Virus record (IMG/VR): IMGVR_UViG_3300020043_004311 | Coordinates: 1-30,035 of that record | From: a virus | Lineage: Duplodnaviria > Caudoviricetes | Strand: one strand, 5' to 3' | DNA: 30,035 nt | In this document: positions 10,111-19,373 of the stretch, piece by piece | Layout: each line of letters begins with the position of its first letter | Numbering within the stretch: position 1 is the first letter of the stretch | Made by a program: the position numbers and the translations under genes | The notes under the pieces: model-generated | Told to the model about the DNA's origin: nothing | Database searches by the model: none | The model's input: only the letters and a program-made list of their open reading frames with translations

Positions 10111-10710
10111 ATGGCGATTACAAATGGTTACGCAACTCTCACAGATGTCAAAAACGCACTACGCATAACTGACGCAATGGATGACTCACTACTTGAAACA
10201 GCTATTGAGTCTGCCTCTCGTATGATTGACGGCTTCACAGCTCGCACCTTCTACAACGCTGGAACGGCAACTAGGGACTTTGCTGCAACCGACTCAATCA
10301 ACCTAATCATTGACGATGCAATCAGCGTTAGTGAAGTCAAGGCAACAGATGAGAAGGGCAGCACCTACACAATCTACGGTGTCAATGACTACCAGCTTGA
10401 GCCAGTCAACTCTCGATCAGATGGTCTTTACTTTCCATACACCGGCATCAGAGCAGTCAACACTTACTCTTGGCCAGTAGTGGACCAGCAAGCACTTGTT
10501 AGAGTCACAGGTGTTTGGGGCTGGGCACAGATACCAACAGCTATCAAGCAAGCCACAATCATCCAGTCATCTCGACTATTCAAAAGACTTGACTCGCCTC
10601 TCGGTGTCCTCGGTATGGGTGACATGGGCCAGATAAGAGTTAGCCGATACCTTGACCCAGATGTCGAGCAGTTAGCTATGCCTTACCGAATCATGAGGAA
10701 CTTCGGCTAA
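10111..10710 (+). CDS. Head-tail connector/adaptor (gp6/gp15-like)
   Basis: YATLTDVK..L...DD.LL..AI..ASR.ID; WGW..IP.AIKQAT; position after the head module. Confidence 0.85.
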   Translation: MAITNGYATLTDVKNALRITDAMDDSLLETAIESASRMIDGFTARTFYNAGTATRDFAATDSINLIIDDAISVSEVKATDEKGSTYTIYGVNDYQLEPVNSRSDGLYFPYTGIRAVNTYSWPVVDQQALVRVTGVWGWAQIPTAIKQATIIQSSRLFKRLDSPLGVLGMGDMGQIRVSRYLDPDVEQLAMPYRIMRNFG

Positions 10711-11111
10711 TGAGCATCAGCCTAATTAGGCAAGCCCTAGCAGCCAACCTTGCAACTATCCCAGGACTCCGCACCGCTGCCGAGGTACCTGATCTACCAA
10801 ACCCACCTATCGCTATTGTGGCCCTAAGAGCTGTCACCTATGACGGTTCCTTTGACGGTGGGCTTACCAACTACAACTTTGCTGTGACTGTCATTGTTGG
10901 CAGAGCTGCCGAGCGTGAAGCACAAAGAAGGCTTGATTCCTACATCAGCACAGGGGCAACAAGTGTCAAAAGTGCAGTAGAATCAGATAAGACTCTCGGT
11001 GGTAATGCCTACGATTGCCGAGTGGTGTCAATGGACTCCGTTGGTTCTTTGACTATAAGTGATACCACATACCTGGCTGCCGACTTCACAGTCACAGTCA
11101 TTGCAAACTAG
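10710..11111 (+). CDS. Tail terminator / neck protein
   Basis: 133 aa, IRQALA...PP.A...A.E.D.TLGG pattern; immediately before the tail tube gene. Confidence 0.7.
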   Translation: MSISLIRQALAANLATIPGLRTAAEVPDLPNPPIAIVALRAVTYDGSFDGGLTNYNFAVTVIVGRAAEREAQRRLDSYISTGATSVKSAVESDKTLGGNAYDCRVVSMDSVGSLTISDTTYLAADFTVTVIAN

Positions 11112-11120
11112 GAGAAATAA

Positions 11121-11537
11121 ATGGCAAAGTTTTACGCCCAAGACTACAAGGTCACAGTAGGTACTCATGTACTAAGCACTTCCGTTGCTTCTGTGACTCT
11201 TGACATTACAACCGATGAGGTCGAAACAACCGCTTTCGGTTCCACATACCGCACTCGCATTGGTGGACTAAAGGATGCATCAGTATCCCTAGACTTCCAC
11301 CAGGACTTTGCTGCTGGTGCTATTGACGCTATCTTGTTCCCACTTATGGGCTCAACTGTTGCAGTCAAGATTGCCCCTACATCAGGCACAGTCACAGCTA
11401 CCAACCCTGAGTACCGCTTCGATGCTCTAGTCACCCAGTACCAGCCATTCGCCGGTGCTGTTGGAGATCTAGCTACCCTCTCTGTCACTTGGCCTGTATC
11501 AGGCGAGGTTGTCAGAGGAACTGCCCCAGCCGCATAG
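11121..11537 (+). CDS. Major tail tube protein
   Basis: 138 aa beta-rich; VETTAFG...GGLKD...NPEY...VGDLAT.SVTWP; AGGAG RBS. Confidence 0.85.
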   Translation: MAKFYAQDYKVTVGTHVLSTSVASVTLDITTDEVETTAFGSTYRTRIGGLKDASVSLDFHQDFAAGAIDAILFPLMGSTVAVKIAPTSGTVTATNPEYRFDALVTQYQPFAGAVGDLATLSVTWPVSGEVVRGTAPAA

Positions 11538-11549
11538 TAAGCTAAGAGC

Positions 11550-11807
11550 ATGAAAATAAACCTACAAATCACTTATAGCGACAAGCCCAGTGAACCAAAA
11601 CAGATTACTTGTTTAGCGTCTGACATGGTGAAGTTTGAATCTAAGTTCGACATCAGCGTGGCAGACCTAGACAAGAATCTAAAAATCACTCACTTGCTGT
11701 TTCTAGCTTGGGCAAGTGAAACACGAAGCAAAGGTACAACCAAGACTTTTGAGGAGTGGGTGGACACAGTTGACTCTGTTGAGCCAGCCGAATCCCCAAA
11801 AGAATAA
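11550..11807 (+). CDS. Tail assembly chaperone (G)
   Basis: Follows the tail tube gene; ends at slippery C CCA AAA. Confidence 0.8.
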   Translation: MKINLQITYSDKPSEPKQITCLASDMVKFESKFDISVADLDKNLKITHLLFLAWASETRSKGTTKTFEEWVDTVDSVEPAESPKE

Positions 11808-11962
11808 AAGGTCTAGGCGATCAATCCGCACATTGGTACATCGCAACCTTGGCAGTCGAAACCGGCATTAGTCCCATTGAGCTGATGAAGCTTGATGACC
11901 GGATGCTTTGGACACTAGGCCGATACCTAATCTTCAAGAACCAGAGTCGTACAAAAAGATAA
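11795..11962 (+). CDS. Tail assembly chaperone GT extension reached by -1 frameshift
   Basis: -1 frame open from CCCAAAA: PKRIKGLGDQSAHWYIATLAVETGISPIELMKLDDRMLWTLGRYLIFKNQSRTKR*; no own start. Confidence 0.75.
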   Translation, partial: PKRIKGLGDQSAHWYIATLAVETGISPIELMKLDDRMLWTLGRYLIFKNQSRTKR

Positions 11963-11988
11963 GCCCCCCAAAAGGGGGTTTTTCTTTT
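11961..11988 (+). terminator. Rho-independent terminator (possibly bidirectional)
   Basis: AAGCCCCC-caaaa-GGGGGTTT followed by TTCTTTT; A-run upstream. Confidence 0.75.
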
Positions 11989-12023
11989 GGGTAGAATAGA
12001 CAGAGTTATCCGATTTAGGAGTC

Positions 12024-12656
12024 TTGTTGGTTGCCCCAATCCAAAGAATAAAAGTGCAAGGTGTCAAAGAGATGCTGCAACTTCTTGATTCTGTGCAACC
12101 AGGAGCAATAAAAGAACTTCGCAAAGACATCAGGCAGATTGCACAACCAGCTGTGTCTGCCATCAAGTCGAACCTGCCGACATCATCACCCTTGTCAGGC
12201 ATGAACCACTATGGCCGGACTCGCTTTGCTGGTGCCAAGGTCAATGCTCAACTGCTACTTGGCAGGGCTATAAACAGCGACACAATCCCCCTTGTCAGAT
12301 TGCAGGTTGTATCACCTGGCGATGCTGTCGGACTTGAGATAGCTGACATGGCAGGTCGAAAGACAATGATGCATGGACCACGCTTGCCCTACGAATACAA
12401 GGGCAGGGGTCGAATCGGTGGCTCAGGCAGACAAAGCCCAACCAAGTCACGATCTGTTGTTAGGCGTGGTCAAACAGCAGCCTTCCAGTACCGCATCAAC
12501 GGACAAGGCAAGGGCATGACCGACAACCTCGGTGGAGTTCCATCTCGATACATCTACCCAGCACTAGCTGGCAAGGTTGATGGCATAGCTGCAGACATGC
12601 TGAAAACCATAGAAAAATACTCTGAGAGAATCAACTACAAGCTTAAGGTCACCTAA
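12024..12656 (+). CDS. Putative tail completion protein (HK97 gp10-like)
   Basis: IKVQGVKE..Q.L N-terminus, basic middle, SRYIYPA C-terminal motif; AGGAG RBS. Confidence 0.55.
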   Translation: MLVAPIQRIKVQGVKEMLQLLDSVQPGAIKELRKDIRQIAQPAVSAIKSNLPTSSPLSGMNHYGRTRFAGAKVNAQLLLGRAINSDTIPLVRLQVVSPGDAVGLEIADMAGRKTMMHGPRLPYEYKGRGRIGGSGRQSPTKSRSVVRRGQTAAFQYRINGQGKGMTDNLGGVPSRYIYPALAGKVDGIAADMLKTIEKYSERINYKLKVT

Positions 12657-14908
12657 TGGCAATTAGAATACCCATCCTCACCAGCTTTGACCCTAAAGGC
12701 CTAAAGCAAGCAAACGCTCAGTTTGCGAAGCTCGGCACATCGGTTGGCTCACTCGGTAGGAACTTTGCTGTACTTGGTGCAGCGATAGCAGGTGCTGGTG
12801 CTCTCATTGCTAAGAATGTGCAATCCCTTGCTCGCATTGAGAAGATCAACGCACAGACAGCTCAGACCATCAAGTCAATGGGCGATGTTGCTGGCATCTC
12901 AGCATCAGGTGTTAGCCAGCTTGCAGGAAGCCTAGAAAACCTTACAGCTACCGAGGCTGAAACAATCCAAGAGGGTGCCAACCTACTACTTACCTTCAAG
13001 AACATTCAGAACCAGGCAGGTGTTGGCAACGACATCTTCAACCAGACCACAGCAGTCATGGTGGACCTTGCAAGGGCTATGGGCACAAGTGCCGCTGGTG
13101 AGGCTATCCGACTAGGTAAGGCACTCAACGATCCAGTCAAGGGCATCGCTGCTTTGACTCGTGTCGGTGTTAGCTTTACCGAGCAACAGAAGGAACAGAT
13201 CAAGGCACTTGCCAACTCTGGTGACCTACTCGGTGCACAGAAGCTAATCCTTGCAGAACTACAAGCACAGTTTGGTGGGTCGGGTGCTGCCTTTGCCAAG
13301 ACCTTTAGTGGTCAGCTTGAGCTTATGGGCCACGAGCTTGGCACCATCGGCGAGGAAGCAACCATGTCGGTTATGCCGGCACTGCAAGGCATGGTTGAGC
13401 AACTTCGAGAGCTAATCCCTGTCATCGGCCCACAGCTAAAGGCTGCCATCGAGTCTGTTGACTTCAAAGCTTTAGCCACCTCTGTTGTTGGCTTCACAAC
13501 TTTCCTAGTACAGAACGCTGAGGCAATCGCTAGAACTATTGCTGCCTTGTTTATTATCTCAACGGCTTACAAAACACTCGCTGTTGCTGTCGGTATAGCC
13601 AAGACTGCTATTGCTCTAAAGACTTACTTTGTTGCTCAAGCCGCCGCTGGTATGACTGTTGCCACAGTTGCAACCAATGTCTTTAGTGCATCACTACGGC
13701 TTATTCCTTTAGTCGCTGTCATCTCAGGGCTTGCTCTGTTGGTCACAGCCTTTACTAACACAAATGACTGGGCAGGAAAAGCAGCCTCTGGTGTTGCAAC
13801 CTTCGGTGACAAATTACAGTTTGTCGGTGGCAAAGCTGGTATAGCCAGAAAAGAAATTGAGAACCTTAACAAGGCCATAAGCTCTATGCCGAAAATCCCA
13901 ACTATTGACATTCCAGTTGTCGGTGGGGGTCGAGGTTTACAGTTGCCACCAGGACTCGGCGGTAGTACCCCGACAGGTATTCCTGGTGTTTCAGGAAAAG
14001 CCGCAGCTACTGGTGGTAAGGCTACAAAACAACCTAGCTTTGCACAGAGCCTAAAGAAACAGGTCACCCTATCTAAAAAGACCGGCAAGCTAGTCGGTGC
14101 TGGTTTGAGTGAGGGGCTTGCTCAAGCTATTACCTCAAGCAACAAGCCAGTCCAGACTGCCAACAAGATCCTGCAACGCATTGCCAAGAACGGTCAAAAG
14201 GCAGTCAACAGATTACAAGGCCAGTTCAACAAAACTGCTGCTGGGCAAGCTGAACTTACAAGCATCTCCCAGGCACAAGAGGCTGCCTCGGCTGCTGCAT
14301 CACAAGCCGCTCAGGAAGCTGCAAGAGAGGCACAGCAACAGGCCGATGAGCTACAAAGGTCACAAGAGGAACAGGCTCGCAAAGAGCAAGCAATCCTTGA
14401 TGAGCGAGCAAGGGTCTACAACAGCTTCCTTGATTCAGTAAAGCAAACCTTTGCAGGTATCAAAGACTCTATCCTTGGAGCCTTTGACCTTACCCAGCTC
14501 GGTGGATCTACTAACGCTATAACCAGGAACATGGAGAAGCTACTTGTCAAGGTTAGGTCTTTTGCTTCTAATGTCAGCAAGCTAAGTTCGATGGGCCTCG
14601 ACCCCTCACTACTACAACAGGTCATTGCTGCCGGTCCACTAGCAGGGGCTCGACTCGCACAGACCCTTGTAGCTGGCGGTGCTAACGCTCTAGGAAGCAT
14701 CAACGCTGGCTTTGCAGAGATAGGCTCACTTAGCTCGATGATTGCTCAGACAGGCACAGAGTCACGCTTTGGCACACCTCAACAGCAGAACATCTACAAC
14801 ATCGAGGTCGGCGGCGGTGTTGGCTCTGGTGCAACAATCGGTAAGGCAATTGTGGATGCAATTAAGGCTTATGAACGCACCTCTGGTGCAGTATTCCAGG
14901 GTGCATAG
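12656..14908 (+). CDS. Tape measure protein
   Basis: 750 aa, longest ORF, Ala/Gly-rich helical, LGKALNDP motif, hydrophobic mid-section. Confidence 0.92.
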   Translation: MAIRIPILTSFDPKGLKQANAQFAKLGTSVGSLGRNFAVLGAAIAGAGALIAKNVQSLARIEKINAQTAQTIKSMGDVAGISASGVSQLAGSLENLTATEAETIQEGANLLLTFKNIQNQAGVGNDIFNQTTAVMVDLARAMGTSAAGEAIRLGKALNDPVKGIAALTRVGVSFTEQQKEQIKALANSGDLLGAQKLILAELQAQFGGSGAAFAKTFSGQLELMGHELGTIGEEATMSVMPALQGMVEQLRELIPVIGPQLKAAIESVDFKALATSVVGFTTFLVQNAEAIARTIAALFIISTAYKTLAVAVGIAKTAIALKTYFVAQAAAGMTVATVATNVFSASLRLIPLVAVISGLALLVTAFTNTNDWAGKAASGVATFGDKLQFVGGKAGIARKEIENLNKAISSMPKIPTIDIPVVGGGRGLQLPPGLGGSTPTGIPGVSGKAAATGGKATKQPSFAQSLKKQVTLSKKTGKLVGAGLSEGLAQAITSSNKPVQTANKILQRIAKNGQKAVNRLQGQFNKTAAGQAELTSISQAQEAASAAASQAAQEAAREAQQQADELQRSQEEQARKEQAILDERARVYNSFLDSVKQTFAGIKDSILGAFDLTQLGGSTNAITRNMEKLLVKVRSFASNVSKLSSMGLDPSLLQQVIAAGPLAGARLAQTLVAGGANALGSINAGFAEIGSLSSMIAQTGTESRFGTPQQQNIYNIEVGGGVGSGATIGKAIVDAIKAYERTSGAVFQGA

Positions 14909-16155
14909 TGCCAGCCCCAAGTGTCAAGGTTGAGCTGGGTTTTGATTTAGGACAGAACGACCCACAGGGTTTTGTGCTTGACAGCCTAACAAGAGGATTG
15001 CTTGACAACACTAGCTTTACTCTTGGTGGTCCAAGGTTTTTTGACATCACCGACAGGCTTGTCACAACTACTGTTAGGCGAGGAAAGAACCAAGCACTTG
15101 ATCGCATAGATGCCGGTGTTGGCTCTATTACGGTTGACAACTCGGATCGACTATTTGACCCACTCTATGAGGCAGGTCTTTACTATGGTCAGCTAATCCC
15201 AAGGCGTGAGGTTAGAGTCAGCTCAAACGACCAGCCTGTGATGCTTGGTCTTATAGATGACTTTGACATTCAGTATGAGCCAGGCAAGCAGTCTGTTGTA
15301 CGGATTGACTTCTCTGATACCTTCTCTGTCTTATCAAACGCAGAGCTGCCAGAGTTTACTCCTGCTAGTGAGCTGGCTGGTGATCGAGTCAATACAATTC
15401 TTGACCTGCCAGAAGTAGCTTGGCCAGCAGCTCAAAGAGAAATTGACACAGGCAATACCTTGATGCTTGATGCAGACATCGCTGAGGGCACCTCGGCAAT
15501 AGAGTATTTACAGCTTGTTTCTAACTCCGAGTTCGGAACTTTGTTTATAGGCAAAGACGGCAAGCTCGTGTTTAAAGCCAGGAACGCTATACCTAATGTG
15601 CCAAACATAGTGTTCAGCGATGAAGTAATTGACGAGGAATACACAGGCATACAGTTTGCTGATGTGAACATTGTCTACGGATCAGAAACGCTTTACAACA
15701 GGATTGTCTTGACCAACGCTGACATCTTCCCTGAGCAAGCCATAGCTGAGGACTCAGTATCACAACAGGTCTACGGAGTTAGAACATTCTCTAGCGATGG
15801 CATCTTGGTACAAGAGCCAGCAACCCTACAATTCCTAGCTGACTTCCTACTTGCTAGGTTCAAAGACCCTCAGTACCGCTTTGAGGCTGTGACTGTTGTA
15901 ATGGACACCCTGACCACGCCTAATCAGGATGCAGTGCTTGACCTAGAAATTGGTGACATTGTGCTGATTAGGTTTGAGCCATCAGACATACCACCACCGA
16001 TTGAGCAGTATTGCAGGATTATAGGAATCAACCAAGACTGGAACCCGGCAAGCAAAAACATAACCTTTAGCCTAGAGAGGCTTGACTTTGCCATCTTCAT
16101 CCTCAATGACCTAGTGCTGGGTGAGCTGGACAATGACCGCCTTGCCTACGAGTAG
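14908..16155 (+). CDS. Minor tail protein (distal tail/hub)
   Basis: 415 aa, acidic beta-rich, directly after TMP; RRG...DAG...DN.DR.FDP pattern. Confidence 0.75.
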   Translation: MPAPSVKVELGFDLGQNDPQGFVLDSLTRGLLDNTSFTLGGPRFFDITDRLVTTTVRRGKNQALDRIDAGVGSITVDNSDRLFDPLYEAGLYYGQLIPRREVRVSSNDQPVMLGLIDDFDIQYEPGKQSVVRIDFSDTFSVLSNAELPEFTPASELAGDRVNTILDLPEVAWPAAQREIDTGNTLMLDADIAEGTSAIEYLQLVSNSEFGTLFIGKDGKLVFKARNAIPNVPNIVFSDEVIDEEYTGIQFADVNIVYGSETLYNRIVLTNADIFPEQAIAEDSVSQQVYGVRTFSSDGILVQEPATLQFLADFLLARFKDPQYRFEAVTVVMDTLTTPNQDAVLDLEIGDIVLIRFEPSDIPPPIEQYCRIIGINQDWNPASKNITFSLERLDFAIFILNDLVLGELDNDRLAYE

Positions 16156-16188
16156 TAAACTAAAACAAGACCAAACTAAGGAACCCTA

Positions 16189-16716
16189 ATGCCACGCAAA
16201 ATCTTTACACCAGGTGAAGTCCTAACAGCCTCTGATGTCAATACCTACCTAATGGATCAGTCCGTTATGACCTTTGCCGGTACAGCAGCTAGAGGGTCAG
16301 CTATCGGCACAGCTACTGAGGGTATGCTCACCTACCTAGCTGACACCAATGCCTTTGAGTACTACAACGGCACAGCCTACGAAGCTCTAGTAAGCGTTAG
16401 CTCACCAACCAACACAACAGTCACAACTGCTTACACAGCAGTCTTGGCTAACGCTGGTGGCTTCCTTTACTCAACCAGCTCATCAGCAGTCACAGTCACA
16501 GTCCCAGACCTCTACGCAATCGGTGATCGCATAGATGTTATTCGAGATGGTGCTGGAACTGTCACTATTGCAGCAGGTACAGGCGTGACTGATTGGGCAG
16601 GAGCAGGAACCGCAGGAACCGCTGTCACCTTCAAGATTGACCAGCAATACAACGCTGCTACTGTTTTGAAGGTAGCTGCCAACACCTACCGAGTAGTTGG
16701 AAAGATTACTGTCTAA
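16189..16716 (+). CDS. Minor tail / fibre-anchor protein
   Basis: F..GEVLTA.DVN.YLM.Q...EGM..YL.DT pattern of actinophage tail proteins; Thr/Ala-rich. Confidence 0.7.
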   Translation: MPRKIFTPGEVLTASDVNTYLMDQSVMTFAGTAARGSAIGTATEGMLTYLADTNAFEYYNGTAYEALVSVSSPTNTTVTTAYTAVLANAGGFLYSTSSSAVTVTVPDLYAIGDRIDVIRDGAGTVTIAAGTGVTDWAGAGTAGTAVTFKIDQQYNAATVLKVAANTYRVVGKITV

Positions 16717-17576
16717 TGCTTATTCCATTAGGAATACTTGCTGCTGCTGGGGCTAGTGCCGCACCAACTTTTTCAGCAACAGGGGGCACCGAATTCACAT
16801 CAGGTGGTTTTAAATACCACAAATTTACTTCTAACGGAACTTTTCAAGTCCTTTTTGGCACTTCTACTGTCGAGATTATTGCGATAGCTGGTGGTGGCTC
16901 TGGAGGTACGCCACAATTAAATACCAACCGAGCTTCTGGTGGTGGTGGTGCTGGTGGTTTGATGTATCAGTCAGTTGCTGGAGTAACAGTTGGTAGTTCT
17001 TCGGTTGTTATTGGGGCAGGTGGCTCAAACGCAAATGGTAACGCTACTACATTTCCTTTGTTAACGACTAATCCAACGGGCGGTGGTAAAGGTGGCAACA
17101 CTGCTAGTGGAACACGCGACGGTTCTAATGGTGGTTCTGGTGGTGGTGGTGGAACTGATGGCCCAAACATTGGAAGTGGTGGAACTGGTATAGCAGGTCA
17201 GGGGTTTGCTGGTGGTGACGCTAATGCTAGCGATAGTGGTGGTGGTGGTGGTGGTGCCGGTGGTATAGGTCAGGCAGGACAAATTGCCGGACTAGGTGGT
17301 GCTGGTGGTGCTGGCTCAACTACTTATTCAACTTGGCTAACAGCAACTTCTTCAGGAGTTTCGGGCAGTATTGCTGGCGGTGGTGGTGCCGGTGGATTTA
17401 CTACTGGTGGTGGTGCTGGTTCTGGTGGTGGTGGTGCTGGTGCTAGTGGGTCTGACAATGGTGGTAATGGAACTGCTAATACTGGTGGTGGTGGTGGTGG
17501 TATCGAGGGCGCTGCGGTACTTCCAACTATCGGAAATGGTGGCTCTGGTATTTTGATTTTGAGGTACGCAATCTAA
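16716..17576 (+). CDS. Glycine-rich tail fibre / receptor-binding protein
   Basis: YHKFTSNGTF, GGGGAGG repeats, NTGGGGGG, GGSGILILRY C-terminus. Confidence 0.75.
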   Translation: MLIPLGILAAAGASAAPTFSATGGTEFTSGGFKYHKFTSNGTFQVLFGTSTVEIIAIAGGGSGGTPQLNTNRASGGGGAGGLMYQSVAGVTVGSSSVVIGAGGSNANGNATTFPLLTTNPTGGGKGGNTASGTRDGSNGGSGGGGGTDGPNIGSGGTGIAGQGFAGGDANASDSGGGGGGAGGIGQAGQIAGLGGAGGAGSTTYSTWLTATSSGVSGSIAGGGGAGGFTTGGGAGSGGGGAGASGSDNGGNGTANTGGGGGGIEGAAVLPTIGNGGSGILILRYAI

Positions 17577-17908
17577 TGGCACATTGGGCAGAACTAGACA
17601 ACGACAACATTGTTATTCGAGTAACTGTTGGCGATAACAACGAACCAGATGAGGGTTACCAATGGTTGCTCGATAACTTAGGTGGTCGCTGGATAAAAAC
17701 AAGTTACAACGCAACTATTCGTGGGAAGTTTGCTGGCATAGGTGATTCCTATGATGAGTTACTAGACGCTTTTATACCCCCAAAGCCTTACCCTTCTTGG
17801 CTTTGGGTCAATAATAAATGGGAAGCTCCAATCCCTAAACCTAATGACGAACTTATTTATGACTGGTCAGAAGAAAGTCAAACTTGGATTCTGGTTGAGG
17901 TTCAATAA
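17576..17908 (+). CDS. Fibre-associated protein (possible assembly chaperone)
   Basis: MAHWAELD...WIKTSYN...AGIG..YD...DAFIPPKPYPSW; a family commonly adjacent to Gly-rich fibres. Confidence 0.6.
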   Translation: MAHWAELDNDNIVIRVTVGDNNEPDEGYQWLLDNLGGRWIKTSYNATIRGKFAGIGDSYDELLDAFIPPKPYPSWLWVNNKWEAPIPKPNDELIYDWSEESQTWILVEVQ

Positions 17909-18153
17909 TGGCTGAGGAAACAACTGGGGTACGCATAACCCAGCAGATGATCTACCAGAAGCAAATAGAGATGAATGACACTCAGCTCAAGATGCTGGTA
18001 AAGCTAGACAACCTTGATGATGTGCCGGACCGTATCCGAGAGGTAGAGCTATCACTAGCTCGCCTGGCATGGATTGAGAAGATTGCCTACACAGGTTTGA
18101 CTGCTTCTGTTGTATCTCTGGTTGGCTTGCTTGTTGGGTTGGTCACTCGATGA
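17908..18153 (+). CDS. Coiled-coil protein with C-terminal transmembrane helix (lysis-associated)
   Basis: Heptad region then IAYTGLTASVVSLVGLLVGLV; upstream of endolysin. Confidence 0.6.
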   Translation: MAEETTGVRITQQMIYQKQIEMNDTQLKMLVKLDNLDDVPDRIREVELSLARLAWIEKIAYTGLTASVVSLVGLLVGLVTR

Positions 18154-18632
18154 GGTTTCCTTTTGACAAGCCAATGCCTCGTATCAGCTCGCCCTACGGC
18201 TGGCGAATACATCCCATCCTAAAAACACGCCGGCACCACAATGGGGTTGACTACGCCTCTGCTGTTGGCACACCTGTCAAAGCTATTGAGGCTGGCAAGG
18301 TTCTATTCGCTGGACCCTCAACGCTCAAGTTCCCTAGCGGTGAACCTGCTGGTGGTGGCTACATTGTCAAGATTCGCCACAAGGTAAACGGTGAGTGGAT
18401 TACCTCGGCCTACATGCACTTAGCTAAGGGCAGTATCCGAGTCAAGAAGGGTCAGCTAATAACCGAGGGTGTTGTTATTGGACTATCTGGCAACACAGGG
18501 GAATCAACAGGCCCACATCTACACTTTGAGATCCAGCGTGGCAAGAACTACATCTGGACTAACAACGGCACCAGATACACCGAACCAACCAGCTACATCA
18601 AAACACAAATAGCAATGGAGAAAATAAAGTGA
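18150..18632 (+). CDS. Endolysin, M23 metallopeptidase
   Basis: HNGVD (HxxxD), YMHL, GNTGESTGPHLHFE (HxH). Confidence 0.92.
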   Translation: MRFPFDKPMPRISSPYGWRIHPILKTRRHHNGVDYASAVGTPVKAIEAGKVLFAGPSTLKFPSGEPAGGGYIVKIRHKVNGEWITSAYMHLAKGSIRVKKGQLITEGVVIGLSGNTGESTGPHLHFEIQRGKNYIWTNNGTRYTEPTSYIKTQIAMEKIK

Positions 18633-18898
18633 AAGACATTATCGAAAGACTAAAAACCGAAGAGTCAATCAGACAGCTAAAGTCTGCACTTGGCTCCTAC
18701 CTAAGAGCTGCACTTGCTGCTGTTGGTGCAATGCTGCTTGCCGGTATCGAGGATCCAGCACAGATCACTCTGTCAGCCATCCTTGCAGGTATCCTTGGCC
18801 CACTTATCAAAGCCCTCGACCCTAACCAGGATGAGTACGGCATTGGGGCAAAGGTAGAGGCAGCAGTCAAGCCTACTGAGCCTGATTCTGGCGAATAG
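18629..18898 (+). CDS. Holin
   Basis: 89 aa, two hydrophobic helices, LDP.D..YG tail; follows endolysin. Confidence 0.7.
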   Translation: MKDIIERLKTEESIRQLKSALGSYLRAALAAVGAMLLAGIEDPAQITLSAILAGILGPLIKALDPNQDEYGIGAKVEAAVKPTEPDSGE

Positions 18899-18999
18899 CC
18901 CCTAAACAGCCACAGAACGCCCCTACAAGGCTTTATAGCCTTGGCAAGGGTATCAGTCTAGGCAGGTAGCCCCAAGCCCTGTACGAGCCTTACAGCAGG

Positions 19000-19272
19000 T
19001 CAGTTTGACCTAAGCCTTGAGCGTTCCTCGCTAGTTGTCCCACCCCAGATACCAACCATGTGGGCTGATAAGGCATAGTCAAAGCACCTAAGCCTGACAG
19101 GGCAGTCATTACAGACTTCTTTTGCTACTGCAACTAACTTTTTACGCAGGTATAGATCAGGCTCATCATCGGGGAAGAAACAGTTGGGTAGCTGAGAGCA
19201 CTGCACCCCACCGTTCTCTCGGATTGCCTCTTGCAGTTCAATGTATTTACGCTCTATTTGTCTTGATGTCAT
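19000..19272 (-). CDS. whiB: WhiB-family Fe-S transcription regulator
   Basis: C...FFP...AK.VCNDCPV...C...AL...GIWGGT...ER; four Cys plus G[IV]WGG. Confidence 0.93.
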   Translation of the reverse strand: MTSRQIERKYIELQEAIRENGGVQCSQLPNCFFPDDEPDLYLRKKLVAVAKEVCNDCPVRLRCFDYALSAHMVGIWGGTTSEERSRLRSN

Positions 19273-19278
19273 AGGGGC

Positions 19279-19288
19279 ACTCTAGAGT
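19279..19288. promoter_or_regulatory. Palindromic bidirectional -10 element ACTCTAGAGT
   Basis: Reads TAGAGT on both strands; the minus-strand copy is 6 nt from the whiB ATG. Confidence 0.6.
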
Positions 19289-19299
19289 AAAAGCAAGAC

Positions 19300-19373
19300 A
19301 AAAGGCAAACCCACGCCGAGAGAGTTAGCGTGGGTTGCCGGACAAGATGAAAAGAGAGGGAAACACCTTGCCA
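19300..19373 (-). ncRNA. Putative cis-antisense RNA to the yqaJ leader
   Basis: Minus-strand TAGTTT -10 (19385-19380), hairpin with loop UUUCCCUCUCUUUU, terminator hairpin plus U4; G-U pairs form only on minus. Confidence 0.55.

Noticed and set aside
16930-17500. (GGT)n runs as contingency microsatellites or a DGR target
   Set aside because: In-frame poly-Gly codons; no reverse transcriptase or template/variable repeat pair seen
18899-19335. Lysogeny module or attP
   Set aside because: No integrase, repressor or parA gene recognisable anywhere in the window
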